From: Bdellovibrionota bacterium FG-1
GTDB lineage: Bacteria > Bdellovibrionota > UBA1018
Assembly: GCA_051382295.1 (NCBI GenBank)
Contig: JBBCAW010000089.1
Coordinates: 1-33,950, forward strand
Direction of reading: 5' to 3'
Length of the DNA stretch: 33,950 bases
Below, piece after piece: positions 1 to 8,318 of this stretch. Below the pieces are notes generated by a model. It ran no database searches and was not told the origin of the DNA. It saw only the letters and a program-made list of their open reading frames with translations. Within the stretch, counting starts at the first letter, position 1. Each line of letters starts with the position of its first letter. The translations under genes were made by a program, and so were the position numbers.

Positions 1-72
1 TCGCGGTGAGTTGTTGCGCGAAAATCACAACAGCCCTTCGAGAACAGGATCGCCCGCGAAGGGGGGTGGCGA
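1..72 (+). repeat. 72-bp direct repeat, copy 1 (copy 2 at 3050-3121)
   Basis: 1..72 matches 3050..3121 with a single mismatch (g66/a3115). It may extend past the left edge of the window. Confidence 0.95.
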
Positions 73-118
73 AAGTTGGGTAAAAACAGGAAGTTTGCCT
101 TCGCGCAACAACTCACCG
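4..118. repeat. 19-bp perfect inverted repeat pair (4-22 / 100-118)
   Basis: CGGTGAGTTGTTGCGCGAA at 4-22 and its reverse complement TTCGCGCAACAACTCACCG at 100-118. Confidence 0.9.
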
Positions 119-177
119 AAAACCGCTGTTCTGGATGAGATAGTTCCAAAGCAAAAACGGGGATAAACGCCAGGGAG

Positions 178-322
178 AAATTCTGCGGGCGAGGGGTCGG
201 CCTTCCTGGACCTCCTTGGCCTCCGCGCCAAAACGCGCATCGTGCGCACGGGGGCAGGAGCGCGGTGGGGTGGGGGGCGAACGGGGTCTACTGCCTGAGC
301 GCGGCAGTTCGGGGCGCTGGGT
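178..322 (-). repeat. GC-rich palindromic intergenic element (family member A)
   Basis: 270-322 matches 12829-12881 at 49/53 nt. It shares the GCCTCCGCGC and ATTYT..CGAGGG motifs with 5346-5464, 7886-7940 and 12717-12803. Confidence 0.8.
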
Positions 323-446
323 TGGCACTGAGGCGGGGCCGCAGAGGGCATGAATTGGGCGAGAAGACTAACTTCGGATAATCTCAATTAGCCCTGGATC
401 CGGGTAAAAACTCCCACTGAAATCAAAAAAGGTAGTTTGAACCGTT

Positions 447-977
447 TTAAATGCCAATCCGTCTTCGTTTATTGGGTAACGACGGTTGTGTCAGCTCGCG
501 AAGCGCTATGGCAAGGGAGCGAATGGCTCCGTCATGTTTTTCGAGTTTCTGCTCCATGTTGTGCATTTTTTCAGCAAGAACACGATTTTCCGAGAGCAGA
601 CGGCGCAGCTTAATAAAGACACGCACGACATACACGCTGACTTGAATGGCTCTTTCTGAATTGAGGATGCTCGCAACCATGACGGCCCCGTATTCAGTGA
701 AAGCGTAGGGCGGATTTGGGGCAAATTTGAGCTTCGGGAGGTGGTCACAGATTGTGATAACCTGCTGCTTTTCCTTTTCGTCCAGCTGGAACATGAAATC
801 CTCTGGAAAACGCCCGATATTCCGCCTTACGGCCTGGTTCAGCGCCCTGGTCTGAACCCCGTAAAGTTCCGCCAGGTCGGCGTCGAGAATGACTTTCTGC
901 CCACGAATGAAAAGGATGCGTCTTTCGATAACTTCACTTGGAAGTAGGGTGGATTTGCTCATGATTTTCCCAGCCAT
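447..977 (-). CDS. ORF6N-domain DNA-binding protein
   Basis: Typical family motifs IRGQKVILDADLAELYGV..LNQAVRRN..RFPEDFMFQL and PYAFTEYGAVMVASILNS, a coiled-coil C-terminus ending RRRIG. The start could be 977 or 962. Confidence 0.9.
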   Translation of the reverse strand: MAGKIMSKSTLLPSEVIERRILFIRGQKVILDADLAELYGVQTRALNQAVRRNIGRFPEDFMFQLDEKEKQQVITICDHLPKLKFAPNPPYAFTEYGAVMVASILNSERAIQVSVYVVRVFIKLRRLLSENRVLAEKMHNMEQKLEKHDGAIRSLAIALRELTQPSLPNKRRRIGI

Positions 978-980
978 GAG

Positions 981-1005
981 AGGTTATCACAATCTGTGAC
1001 AACCT
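981..1005. promoter_or_regulatory. Palindromic putative operator of the ORF6N gene
   Basis: AGGTTATCACA-ATC-TGTGACAACCT dyad directly upstream of the start codon, with an inverted copy inside the CDS at 739-763. Confidence 0.6.
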
Positions 1006-1413
1006 TCTAAGATCAATTCCGCTGGTTCGGAAAAAAACAGGCGGTTTTAAATCTGGCGGCTGCGGCTACTGTCTCGAATAGCGACGCTGCCGCATTTAAT
1101 CAGAAGATTCGCGAGTCGAACGTTGATTTTATCGCCCAGTTCAGCAAGGAAGACGCTGCTGGGTCTTAGCCTTGGTCGAGAGTTTTTTGCGTGGGGGAAG
1201 TCTCCCTCAGATTCCATTTCGACGAAGAGGACGAGATCCAACCCTAAAGCCCGGAGGCAGGCATTGCGGAGGTTCGTTAGGCAAGGCACAAATGCCGCCT
1301 TTCCAGGATATTTGAAAATTGAAACACTGACGACCGTTTGAGCCGTGCCGTTTTGGTTAAGGGGCTGAATATTCTCGCGCAGAATTACCTTGTGGTCTTC
1401 CGTCGCCAGTGGC

Positions 1414-2052
1414 CTATTTCGCTAGCTTTAGGGATTTCTTTTCTTCCTTTTCTAACCTATGAACGGTTGCCTCCAATTCCTTTTTATTTTCTTCAGAAAA
1501 TATTTTTCTAGCCTCGATTTTAACCGTTTCTTCGGAGGAGATCCGGTACATGCCAACTATTGCTTTTAGATCTGTCAATCCAAAGTGATCTGCATAGAAA
1601 AGTCGCAGACGTATTTGCATATTTTCGGACATGTCGAGTCCGTAATCTTTCGTGGACTCAAATCTACAGTAGGCCGATTTGTCCGCTGCTCCCACTGCCT
1701 TGGCGACCTCTTCTTGGGTTTTGTTCGAAACCAGTCTTAGGAATCTGATTTGTTCCCTGGTGAGTTTCCGCTTATCGAGGATAAGAAATATAGCAATATG
1801 CTTCTCAATGGCTTCTTGAAAGCCCTCCGGAACATACGTCGCCCCGCACTTATCGCATTCAATAAAAAGCGCGACCGGAATAACGATTGGCCCAATCGCA
1901 TCTAGCGGGATTATCGCATTTTTAGTCAAAACGAGATGAAACCGCCCTAGGCAGTTTTCCTTTGTGTGTGAGCAAGAATAATCTTTGAGATTTATAGAGT
2001 AGCCTGCTGAAAATGAGTGAATGGGCTTCTTACCAGACTGTTTCATGGTCAA
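1414..2052 (-). CDS. MqsA/YgiT-like Zn-finger plus XRE-HTH antitoxin
   Basis: Cys pairs CSHTKENC and CDKC, followed by LTREQIRFLR..KTQEEVAKAVG HTH. Overlaps the upstream small gene. Confidence 0.7.
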   Translation of the reverse strand: MTMKQSGKKPIHSFSAGYSINLKDYSCSHTKENCLGRFHLVLTKNAIIPLDAIGPIVIPVALFIECDKCGATYVPEGFQEAIEKHIAIFLILDKRKLTREQIRFLRLVSNKTQEEVAKAVGAADKSAYCRFESTKDYGLDMSENMQIRLRLFYADHFGLTDLKAIVGMYRISSEETVKIEARKIFSEENKKELEATVHRLEKEEKKSLKLAK

Positions 2053-2350
2053 CCTCGGGAGTGGTTAAGGGATCGATTTCGCCCAGTCGGTCGGGATAAA
2101 CAGAAAGCACTATGTGCTTCGGAGACGACTCCTCCACAGCTAATCGCACACATATTTCTCGCTCGGTTACTTCCTGCATTTTATTCATATCGACCCATTT
2201 AAAATTTTTAAGCTTCGCTTCTATCGCCAGGGTGCAAATTCGGACTTTCTCTATGAAGAGTTTTCGCGATGAACAATAATGCCGGAGTCTAGTCCGGAAT
2301 TTCAGTAGGCGCGACGAGTCGGTATTCTCTTTGGGGATCAGTGTTCCCAT
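2030..2350 (-). CDS. Putative type II toxin (DUF4258/RelE-like small basic protein)
   Basis: 106 aa, basic, lies upstream of and overlaps the MqsA-like gene, and ends in an 'ICVRLAV..HIVLSVYP' strand pattern. The family call is inference from position and motif. Confidence 0.45.
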   Translation of the reverse strand: MGTLIPKENTDSSRLLKFRTRLRHYCSSRKLFIEKVRICTLAIEAKLKNFKWVDMNKMQEVTEREICVRLAVEESSPKHIVLSVYPDRLGEIDPLTTPEVDHETVW

Positions 2351-2364
2351 AGGTTGAGTCTATA

Positions 2365-2388
2365 ACAACTGGTTGTAAAATATACAAC
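2365..2388. promoter_or_regulatory. Overlapping palindromes upstream of the toxin-antitoxin pair
   Basis: ACAAC-TG-GTTGT (2365-2376) and GTTGTA-AAATA-TACAAC (2372-2388). Confidence 0.4.
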
Positions 2389-2490
2389 TCTATTGACTGA
2401 CTCGACGTATATGTCGGCTATAGGGCAAAAAGTGGCTTAACTTCAGCTAGCTGCTGGCTAAGATGTGGCGTACCGGCAAACATTGCCGAG

Positions 2491-3012
2491 TCAGATAAGT
2501 CCGTAAACGTGACTAAAATTGGCGGCATACAGTTCATTGATTTTTTTGGATACCGCATAGGGCGATAGGCAAGCGCTCTCTTTTCCCTCTTGGTTGGGAA
2601 TTTGATCGGCGTTGCCATAAACCGAGGACGAAGACGCATAGACGACGCGCTTGACCTGGGCTTCACGAGCAGCCAGCAGGATATTTAAAAACCCATCGAC
2701 ATTGACCTGATGGGTGAGGAGCGGGTCTTTGATGGATCTCGGGACTGAGCCTAGCGCCGCATGGTGGAGGACGTAGTCGATGTCGCGGCAGGCTTCGGTG
2801 CACGTCTGGAGGTCTCGAATGTCCCCTTTGATAAAGCGAAACCCGCTTTTCTTTTGAGTAGCCAGGTCTTGTAAAAACTCAATGTTTTCGATGAAACCTG
2901 TGCTGAGGTCATCCAAAACAGTGACTCGCTTTTATTGGGTGAGGAGCTCAGCGGCGAGGTTTGACCCAATAAAGCCCGCACCACCGGTGATGAGTAAATG
3001 CTCAGTTTTCAT
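2491..3012 (-). pseudogene. UDP-GlcNAc 4-epimerase (WbpP/TviC-like SDR) pseudogene
   Basis: MKTEHLLITGGAGFIGSN from 3012, in-frame TAA at codon 27 (2932-2934), then HHAALGSVPRSI, YASSSSVYG and SPYAVSK. It ends after VYGL, at about half the normal length. Confidence 0.9.
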
Positions 3013-3049
3013 AAAATACCTAATCGTTCTCGAAAGCTATTTTGAGGTT

Positions 3050-3121
3050 TCGCGGTGAGTTGTTGCGCGAAAATCACAACAGCCCTTCGAGAACAGGATC
3101 GCCCGCGAAGGGGGATGGCGA
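3050..3121 (+). repeat. 72-bp direct repeat, copy 2
   Basis: Matches 1..72 and sits at the 3' breakpoint of the nucleotidyltransferase relic. Confidence 0.95.
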
Positions 3122-3394
3122 TGCGTAGAATATCGTTCCGGTGTTTCTTGATATCCTTTTCGTCAACTTGTTCACCCTTGGACTTTCGCTCCGACATTTC
3201 GCGATGAGTGCGGGCCTTGAGACAGATGTTTGCAAGGGCGTTGATGATGAAAACGCCACGTCATGGGTCGCTCGGAACTCAAGGCCTTCCTGAGACATCA
3301 AAAGCGCGGCTGCTCCCCCGCCGATGACAACGTACTCGTCTTCGAGTTCTTTCAGGTGGTTCAGGAAATGATCAATGCCTCGTGGACCTGCCAT
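3122..3394 (-). pseudogene. AbiEii-like nucleotidyltransferase toxin relic
   Basis: RBS GGAGG, then ATG 3394 MAGPRGIDHF..YVVIGGGAAALLM..FRATHDV. Near 3257 it jumps to another frame giving the C-terminal GVFIINALANICLKAR..DIKKHRNDILRI. This indicates an internal deletion with frameshift plus 3' truncation. Confidence 0.75.
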
Positions 3395-3396
3395 GC

Positions 3397-3660
3397 TTAT
3401 TCCTCCATGAGCGTGAGCCCATACTTGGAGAGCATCTTTTGTAGCGCGATCTGAACGCGCTCGTCCGCATGTTCTCTCATGGATAGGTATAGCTCGATTG
3501 GGTTTATCTTGCCATCGATTGAGAAGATCCGTGGATCTTCTTTCCAAATTTGGATGTAAACGCCGGGGCCGCCGAAATCGCCGTAAGGAACGCCGTCCGT
3601 TCGGACTTGCCGGTAGACGGCGGGAGTAGTTGCGATGGTGAGCGCGGCGACTTCGCCGGG
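3397..3660 (-). pseudogene. C-terminal fragment of the cognate AbiEi-like antitoxin
   Basis: Not in the ORF track. Manual translation gives ..YIQIWKEDPRIFSIDGKINPIELYLSMREHADERVQIALQKMLSKYGLTLMEE*, with the stop 2 bp before the toxin ATG. No start is present. Confidence 0.65.
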
Positions 3661-3901
3661 TGTCCCTTTTGTCAGCCCATTGAATGGTCGCTCGTGCGCC
3701 GTGGATCAAGTAGCCTTCGGATCTAATCGTTGTGGTGGCGTACGGGTTTGGGGGCCAATTTTTGAGGGGAGTGGCGGTGCTGAATGACTGCTCTGGTTTG
3801 TTACCTAATTGCTGGCCGTCAGAAAAAGGCACAGTCACGGCTTGGGAAAGGTGGATTTTAACTGCCCGCGAGCAGAAGTGCGTTATTCGAAATCGGGGCG
3901 A

Positions 3902-4035
3902 CTGGCGGAAAATCACCCCTGGTATCCGGTTTGGGTGATGGTCATGCTCACCGGCTGCCGAAGTGGCGAGCTCCATCAGCAACGGTGGTGATGAAAAAAA
4001 TCGTCAGCCTTTACGATCACCGGAAGAAAGATTGA
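3902..4035 (+). pseudogene. Tyrosine integrase relic, copy 1
   Basis: Box I HPWYPVWVMVMLTGCRSGELH is fused out of frame near 3975 to [19 protein letters not shown]. Homologous to 32742-32854. Confidence 0.75.
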
Positions 4036-4162
4036 CGGAAGGATGATAAAGCAATTTTATAGGATTTGGAGTTACGTATGAAACGCATCAATGCCGGTAA
4101 TTTCATTGAAACTACAGGACGTAGATGCCGCAATTTGCGCCACCGCCAGGTACTTGAGTGCG

Positions 4163-4189
4163 TTAACAAAACATGGCATATTTTGTTAA
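4163..4189. promoter_or_regulatory. Inverted-repeat operator upstream of the AbiE operon
   Basis: TTAACAAAACATG-G-CATATTTTGTTAA (12/13 dyad). AbiEi proteins are known to autorepress via promoter inverted repeats. Confidence 0.65.
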
Positions 4190-4208
4190 ATAACTGAGGC
4201 CGTAAATC

Positions 4209-4817
4209 ATGCTGCAAAGCGTTGAGGTTAGAGTAAAAAGTAGAATCCTGAAGAATGGCCCAGGCTGGATCTTCACTTCGAGGCATTTCCTGGACCTTGG
4301 CAGCCCGGTATCCGTCAGACAGGCCCTTTTTCAACTCGAAAAGCAGAAGCTCGTCAGGCGGATCGCGCAGGGCCTATACGACTACCCCATCGAGCATAAG
4401 ATGCTCGGTATCGTTGCCCCAAATATAGAAGCGGTAGCGCAGGCCATCGCCGACAGGAACGGCGCAAAAATACAGGCTTCGGGCGCTTACGCAGCAAATA
4501 GGATCGGCATTTCAGAGCAGGTGCCAGCCCGTGCGATTTTCCTTACAGACGGTCCGCCCAGAAAGCTCAAGATCGGGAAGCTCGAAATCTGCTTTAAGCA
4601 GGCGACGGTAAAAAATATGTTTGCAGCAGGAAGTAAGGAGGCGCTTGTCGTTCAGGCGTTCAAGCACATGCAGAAGGAGCATGTCGATGAGCGGATGTTG
4701 CAGGTTGTAAAAAAGTTTCTGAAGGGCACAAAACGCCGTGAGTTTGAGAAAAATCTTAAATTTGCACCGCAATGGATTCGGTCTATTCTGTTCAAGTTGA
4801 TGGAACATGAATTATGA
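4209..4817 (+). CDS. Type IV TA antitoxin, AbiEi/DUF6088 family
   Basis: N-terminal wHTH (FLDLGS..VRQAL..RRIAQGLYDYP) and SGAYAANRIGISEQVP..FLTDGP. ATGA overlap with the next gene. Confidence 0.85.
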   Translation: MLQSVEVRVKSRILKNGPGWIFTSRHFLDLGSPVSVRQALFQLEKQKLVRRIAQGLYDYPIEHKMLGIVAPNIEAVAQAIADRNGAKIQASGAYAANRIGISEQVPARAIFLTDGPPRKLKIGKLEICFKQATVKNMFAAGSKEALVVQAFKHMQKEHVDERMLQVVKKFLKGTKRREFEKNLKFAPQWIRSILFKLMEHEL

Positions 4818-5326
4818 GCAAACTTCATCTCTTGCCGGTGCCAGAACGAAAACTTTTTTTTGACACCGCCGTTTCCGCGTCGGGCTTGGATTTTACGATC
4901 CTTGAAAAAGACTTCTGGGTTGTATGGACACTCGATCGTCTCTTTTCCCTGCCGGAGCTGAAGTCCCATCTTACCTTCAAGGGTGGCACCTCCCTCTCGA
5001 AGGTTTACCGCATCATCGAACGTTTTTCTGAAGACATTGATCTCTCCATTGAGAAAGACTTCCTGGGCTTCGACAAAAAGAAGGCCCTGGCCGACATCGC
5101 GCTTCTTGAGCGAGTTGCCACACATAAGAGCATCTATTTCGCGTCCGGCTGGGCGAACTACGAAACAGCTCGGAAAGGGACGCTCAAGTTATCACCGCTG
5201 CCCAGAATCCTGGACACACTGGAAAAGGATCTTGACCTAATGAGTCCGATGTTTTTCAAAGAGCGTCCGAACTGGCAGATGATTTTGAAAACGATCAAAA
5301 AGTTTGAATCTGAATTTAACCGCTAG
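4814..5326 (+). pseudogene. AbiEii/AbiGii nucleotidyltransferase toxin with an apparent in-frame internal deletion
   Basis: EKDFWV and FKGGTSLSK..IERFSEDIDL, then it joins near 5077 directly to the C-terminal ALADIALLERVATHK..YETARKGTLKL. It is 170 aa, whereas relatives are about twice that. Confidence 0.75.
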
Positions 5327-5345
5327 CCTGACCCCTTCACTGTTC

Positions 5346-5464
5346 GTATTTTCGGCGAGGGTGTCGGGGTCGGTCATCCCCCTTTGCAGCACCTCCTATG
5401 CTGCAAGTGCCCTTTTGGGCACTCGGGCTTCTCGAACAATCCTGTTCTCGAAGTGCCTCCGCGC
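5346..5464 (-). repeat. Triple-hairpin intergenic element (family member B)
   Basis: Hairpins at 5385-5405, 5406-5423 and 5428-5453. 5439-5453 is the exact reverse complement of 36-50, and 5375-5384 of 3108-3117. Confidence 0.8.
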
Positions 5465-6516
5465 ATCACGAGGACCGCAACCTTCGCCGATTTTCGGGTT
5501 TTTTCATCGAGTTCGCGCTTGACGGAATCCTTATCCAGCAAAAGTTCAACGGTGCCAGGGCTACCCGGGATGCTGGTGACCAGATAATTGCTCTCCCGAT
5601 CGATCGAGCCAAAACGCTTTTGCTTGGCCTTAAGAAGCCGATTGGAAATCCGAGTGACTTCTTCGGAATTTCTAAAATTGGTTCGAAGCATGTGGATGAT
5701 CTCGGACGCCCCCGGAATGGACTCATCCGCATGAAAGAGGGACTTGACCTTGCTCCACGAAAAAAAATTGGGATGCACGATTTGATTGGAGTCACCGCAC
5801 AACAGAAACTCTCCGGGGCGTTTAAGAGACCGCAAAAGAAGCGCGAGCTGGACGGGGGTTAGGTCCTGTACTTCGTCCACGACCGCAAAATCATAGCGGG
5901 GCTCAAGACGAGAAAGGTACTCATGGGAAACGATATTGGCGTCAAAAAAGCCACATTCTCCCATAAATTTGAGATATTTTTCGAACAAGTCGTAAACTTG
6001 GGCACGCTCTTGGCTTAAGAATATTGACTGTTTGACTCCAAGTCCCAGGTATTGCTCTCGACTCAACCACGCGCGTTCCGTAATCGCGCTTCCGGTCATC
6101 ACGCCCTTAAACTCCTCAAAAAGCTTGTGGGCATCGGTGAATTTATAAAAAGACTGGTGGCGAGAAAACCAATCCCGAAAGCGAGCGTACGTCATTTCTT
6201 CGCCCGGAGGCACCTGAATGGTTTCCAGAAATTCTCGGAAGGAAAGAAACTCGACGTTCTGGCGCTCGTTTTCATAGGCATGCGAAAAATACAGATCCCG
6301 CGCGTTCTTGGCCAAAAAGGCGGAAAGCGTCACGTACAAGACGTCTCCCGAGATCTGCTTCATCTTTTCAAGCGTGAGCGCCGTTTTGCCGCTACCGGCC
6401 GATCCAATCAGAATGAGAGGGGAAGGCAACCGATACACCTCGGCCTGAGCTTCATCAAAAGACAGCGGCTTGTCCAAAACATGAAACCGAGGTGAAGCCG
6501 GATTGATGTACTGCAT
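5465..6516 (-). pseudogene. UvrD-like SF1 helicase fragment
   Basis: Walker A GSAGSGKT, motif II VVDEVQD, motif III CGDSNQ and motif IV NFRN are present. Motifs V and VI are absent, and the sequence switches into the hairpin element after AVLVMR. Confidence 0.8.
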
Positions 6517-6638
6517 ACTTCAAATGCAGTTCTACCGGCCAGGTGTGCAAAGGCAAGCAGAAAAGTCGGGGGTAAGCAGGCTAGCTCGCCTCGAACTCCT
6601 TGGGCCAATTGAAGGTGTCGCATCATGAACTTTCTTGT

Positions 6639-7838
6639 TTAAATCCATTTCTCCAAAACTTCACCTAGGCGCTCCCAGGGCATTGCAACGATCTGATCGG
6701 TGAGTTGTATGGGATTTAACCCCGAAAAGATCAATACTGCGCCACGCGGACAGGGGTATTCTTCTAGAAATTTTTGAAGGTGTTTGCAGTCGGATAACGA
6801 CACTTTTGAGTTAAGTTTGACTTCGATGGGTAGGTAAGAGCTGTTGCGTTTGATGACCCAATCGACCTCTGCCACCTCTGGGTCCTGCCAAAAATGGAGT
6901 GAGGATAAGCTTTGCTTCGTCCTGATGGTCTTAAGAATCTCTAGTCCCACAAATTGTTCAAAAACATTTCCGAGCTCAGTTCTTGATAATGGGGCGCCTT
7001 CGCGCGCCGCCACTCGGCGTACCCCAAGATCAAAAAATAAATATCGAGGTGAACGAATGAGCTTTTTGCGAGTGGCGCTTTGAATGATGGGGTTAATACG
7101 ATCGGCAATGAGTGTGGACTCCAGGATTCCGTAATAAGACTTCACGGTTACATGGGATACTCCGACATCCTGGGCGATTCCAGAATAAGAGCAGATTCGT
7201 CCAGCCTGACTGGCGGAATGTTCCAAAAAACGATAAAAATCGGGTAGTTTTTTGAGACCCGCCTCTTTTCGAATTTCTTCTTCTAAATAGGTTTCAACGT
7301 AGGAATGAAGGTATGCTTCCTTGTCGTGAGGGTCGGGAGTGAGGAATATCTCCGGTAGGCTTCCGTAGTGGAGAAGATTGTTTAAAAATGTTTCCGAATC
7401 AATAACGCCCTCCTCGGATTGCATCATCTCGGCGACAGAAAATCCATCGAGTCGAAAGCTCAGGACTCGGCCGGGCAAAAGATTGAGGTCCGCCTGTTGT
7501 TTTAATTTTCGAGCCGAGGACCCCGTAATAAAGAATTGGGCCTTCTTTTGGTCAATGAGTTGCTGAATCGGGTCCATGATCTCAGGTACTTTTTGAACCT
7601 CATCTACGCAGATTCTCACCCCAGTCCTCTTCTTGAGTGCCGCCACTTCTCTAAAGATCAGGTCCGGGTTCCGTTCGTAGGCCTGTCGAATCGTTACCGA
7701 AAGAAAACTCAACGTCAGATCAAAATCGAACTCATGGCTGAGAGTTGTTTTTCCGGTCTGTCTGGGGCCTAAGAGTAAAATGCTTTTACCGCGCTTCCAG
7801 GCGCGCAAAACGGAAGGGGAAAGAGATCGGTTTACCAT
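6639..7838 (-). CDS. AAA+ ATPase with C-terminal DUF4143/PD-(D/E)xK-like domain
   Basis: GPRQTGKTT, VDEVQK, ITGSSAR, FFDLGV, FEQFV and EVDWV..PIEVK. Confidence 0.92.
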   Translation of the reverse strand: MVNRSLSPSVLRAWKRGKSILLLGPRQTGKTTLSHEFDFDLTLSFLSVTIRQAYERNPDLIFREVAALKKRTGVRICVDEVQKVPEIMDPIQQLIDQKKAQFFITGSSARKLKQQADLNLLPGRVLSFRLDGFSVAEMMQSEEGVIDSETFLNNLLHYGSLPEIFLTPDPHDKEAYLHSYVETYLEEEIRKEAGLKKLPDFYRFLEHSASQAGRICSYSGIAQDVGVSHVTVKSYYGILESTLIADRINPIIQSATRKKLIRSPRYLFFDLGVRRVAAREGAPLSRTELGNVFEQFVGLEILKTIRTKQSLSSLHFWQDPEVAEVDWVIKRNSSYLPIEVKLNSKVSLSDCKHLQKFLEEYPCPRGAVLIFSGLNPIQLTDQIVAMPWERLGEVLEKWI

Positions 7839-7840
7839 GC

Positions 7841-7873
7841 TTTCAAAATTCCACGAATTTTGAAATATGTCAA
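7841..7873 (-). promoter_or_regulatory. Promoter with an 11-bp perfect dyad ahead of the AAA ATPase
   Basis: TTGACA at 7873-7868 and the dyad TTTCAAAATTC-CAC-GAATTTTGAAA at 7841-7865. No Shine-Dalgarno before ATG 7838. Confidence 0.6.
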
Positions 7874-7885
7874 TAGTGTCAACAG

Positions 7886-7940
7886 GAATTCTCGGCGAGG
7901 GTGCCGAGCGGCGTTAGGCCCAGGGGCTGAATCCAGCGCA
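7886..7940 (-). repeat. Palindromic intergenic element (family member C)
   Basis: ATTCTCGGCGAGGGTGCCG matches ATTTTCGGCGAGGGTGTCG at 5348-5366. Confidence 0.55.
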
Positions 7941-7985
7941 TGTGCTCTGGTCCATCTACGATAGAGACAGACGATTCCAGATCTT

Positions 7986-8303
7986 TCACTGCCCCTTAAA
8001 AGCCTTTGCGGAATCAATCAGGTGGTGGGCCTCCTCACCTAGGTTTTCAAATACATAAGGGTTAAGAAACTGGCGACTACCCAAGAGTTTCCGGTCGATG
8101 GTGTTAAGCTCGGCCAAGTCACAAACGGCGTCCCAGTTCTTAACCATTTTCTTTACCTGATTTTCAATTAAATCAAGCGCCTGTTGCCTAGAAAGTAGAA
8201 ATATACCGGCGGCGTCGAGGCAGGATGCGATCTGACTTTTATTATTGCCGTCCAAAATCAGCATGGCCTGCGTAGCTACATTTCCTGAGCGCGCTTGTGG
8301 GCA
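7986..8303 (-). pseudogene. HipA-like kinase toxin, C-terminal fragment
   Basis: CPQARSGNVATQAMLI..CLDAA..FLLS..WDAVC..DRKLL..RQFLNP resembles HipA C-termini. The kinase core is missing. Confidence 0.7.
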
Positions 8304-8318
8304 CCGCTTTGCCGGAGC

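Noticed and set aside
25..387. Pro/Arg-rich ORFs (120 aa, 71 aa) and similar ones at 12657-12985
   Set aside because: They are translations of the GC-rich non-coding repeat. The shared peptides reflect the DNA repeat, not genes.
1047..1413. Possible degraded coding sequence
   Set aside because: The + strand looks protein-like but has several stops and no recognisable motif, so it cannot be assigned.
2932..2934. In-frame TAA as stop-codon recoding
   Set aside because: TAA terminates many genes in this window and the gene is also 3'-truncated, so a nonsense mutation or sequencing error is simpler.
1..3121. 72-bp repeat pair as a DGR template/variable repeat
   Set aside because: It has only one mismatch, is non-coding and is not at the 3' end of a plausible target gene.
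3074..3982. 302-aa ORF as a single gene
   Set aside because: It is a chimeric read-through of antisense integrase, off-frame antitoxin, the toxin N-terminus and the repeat.
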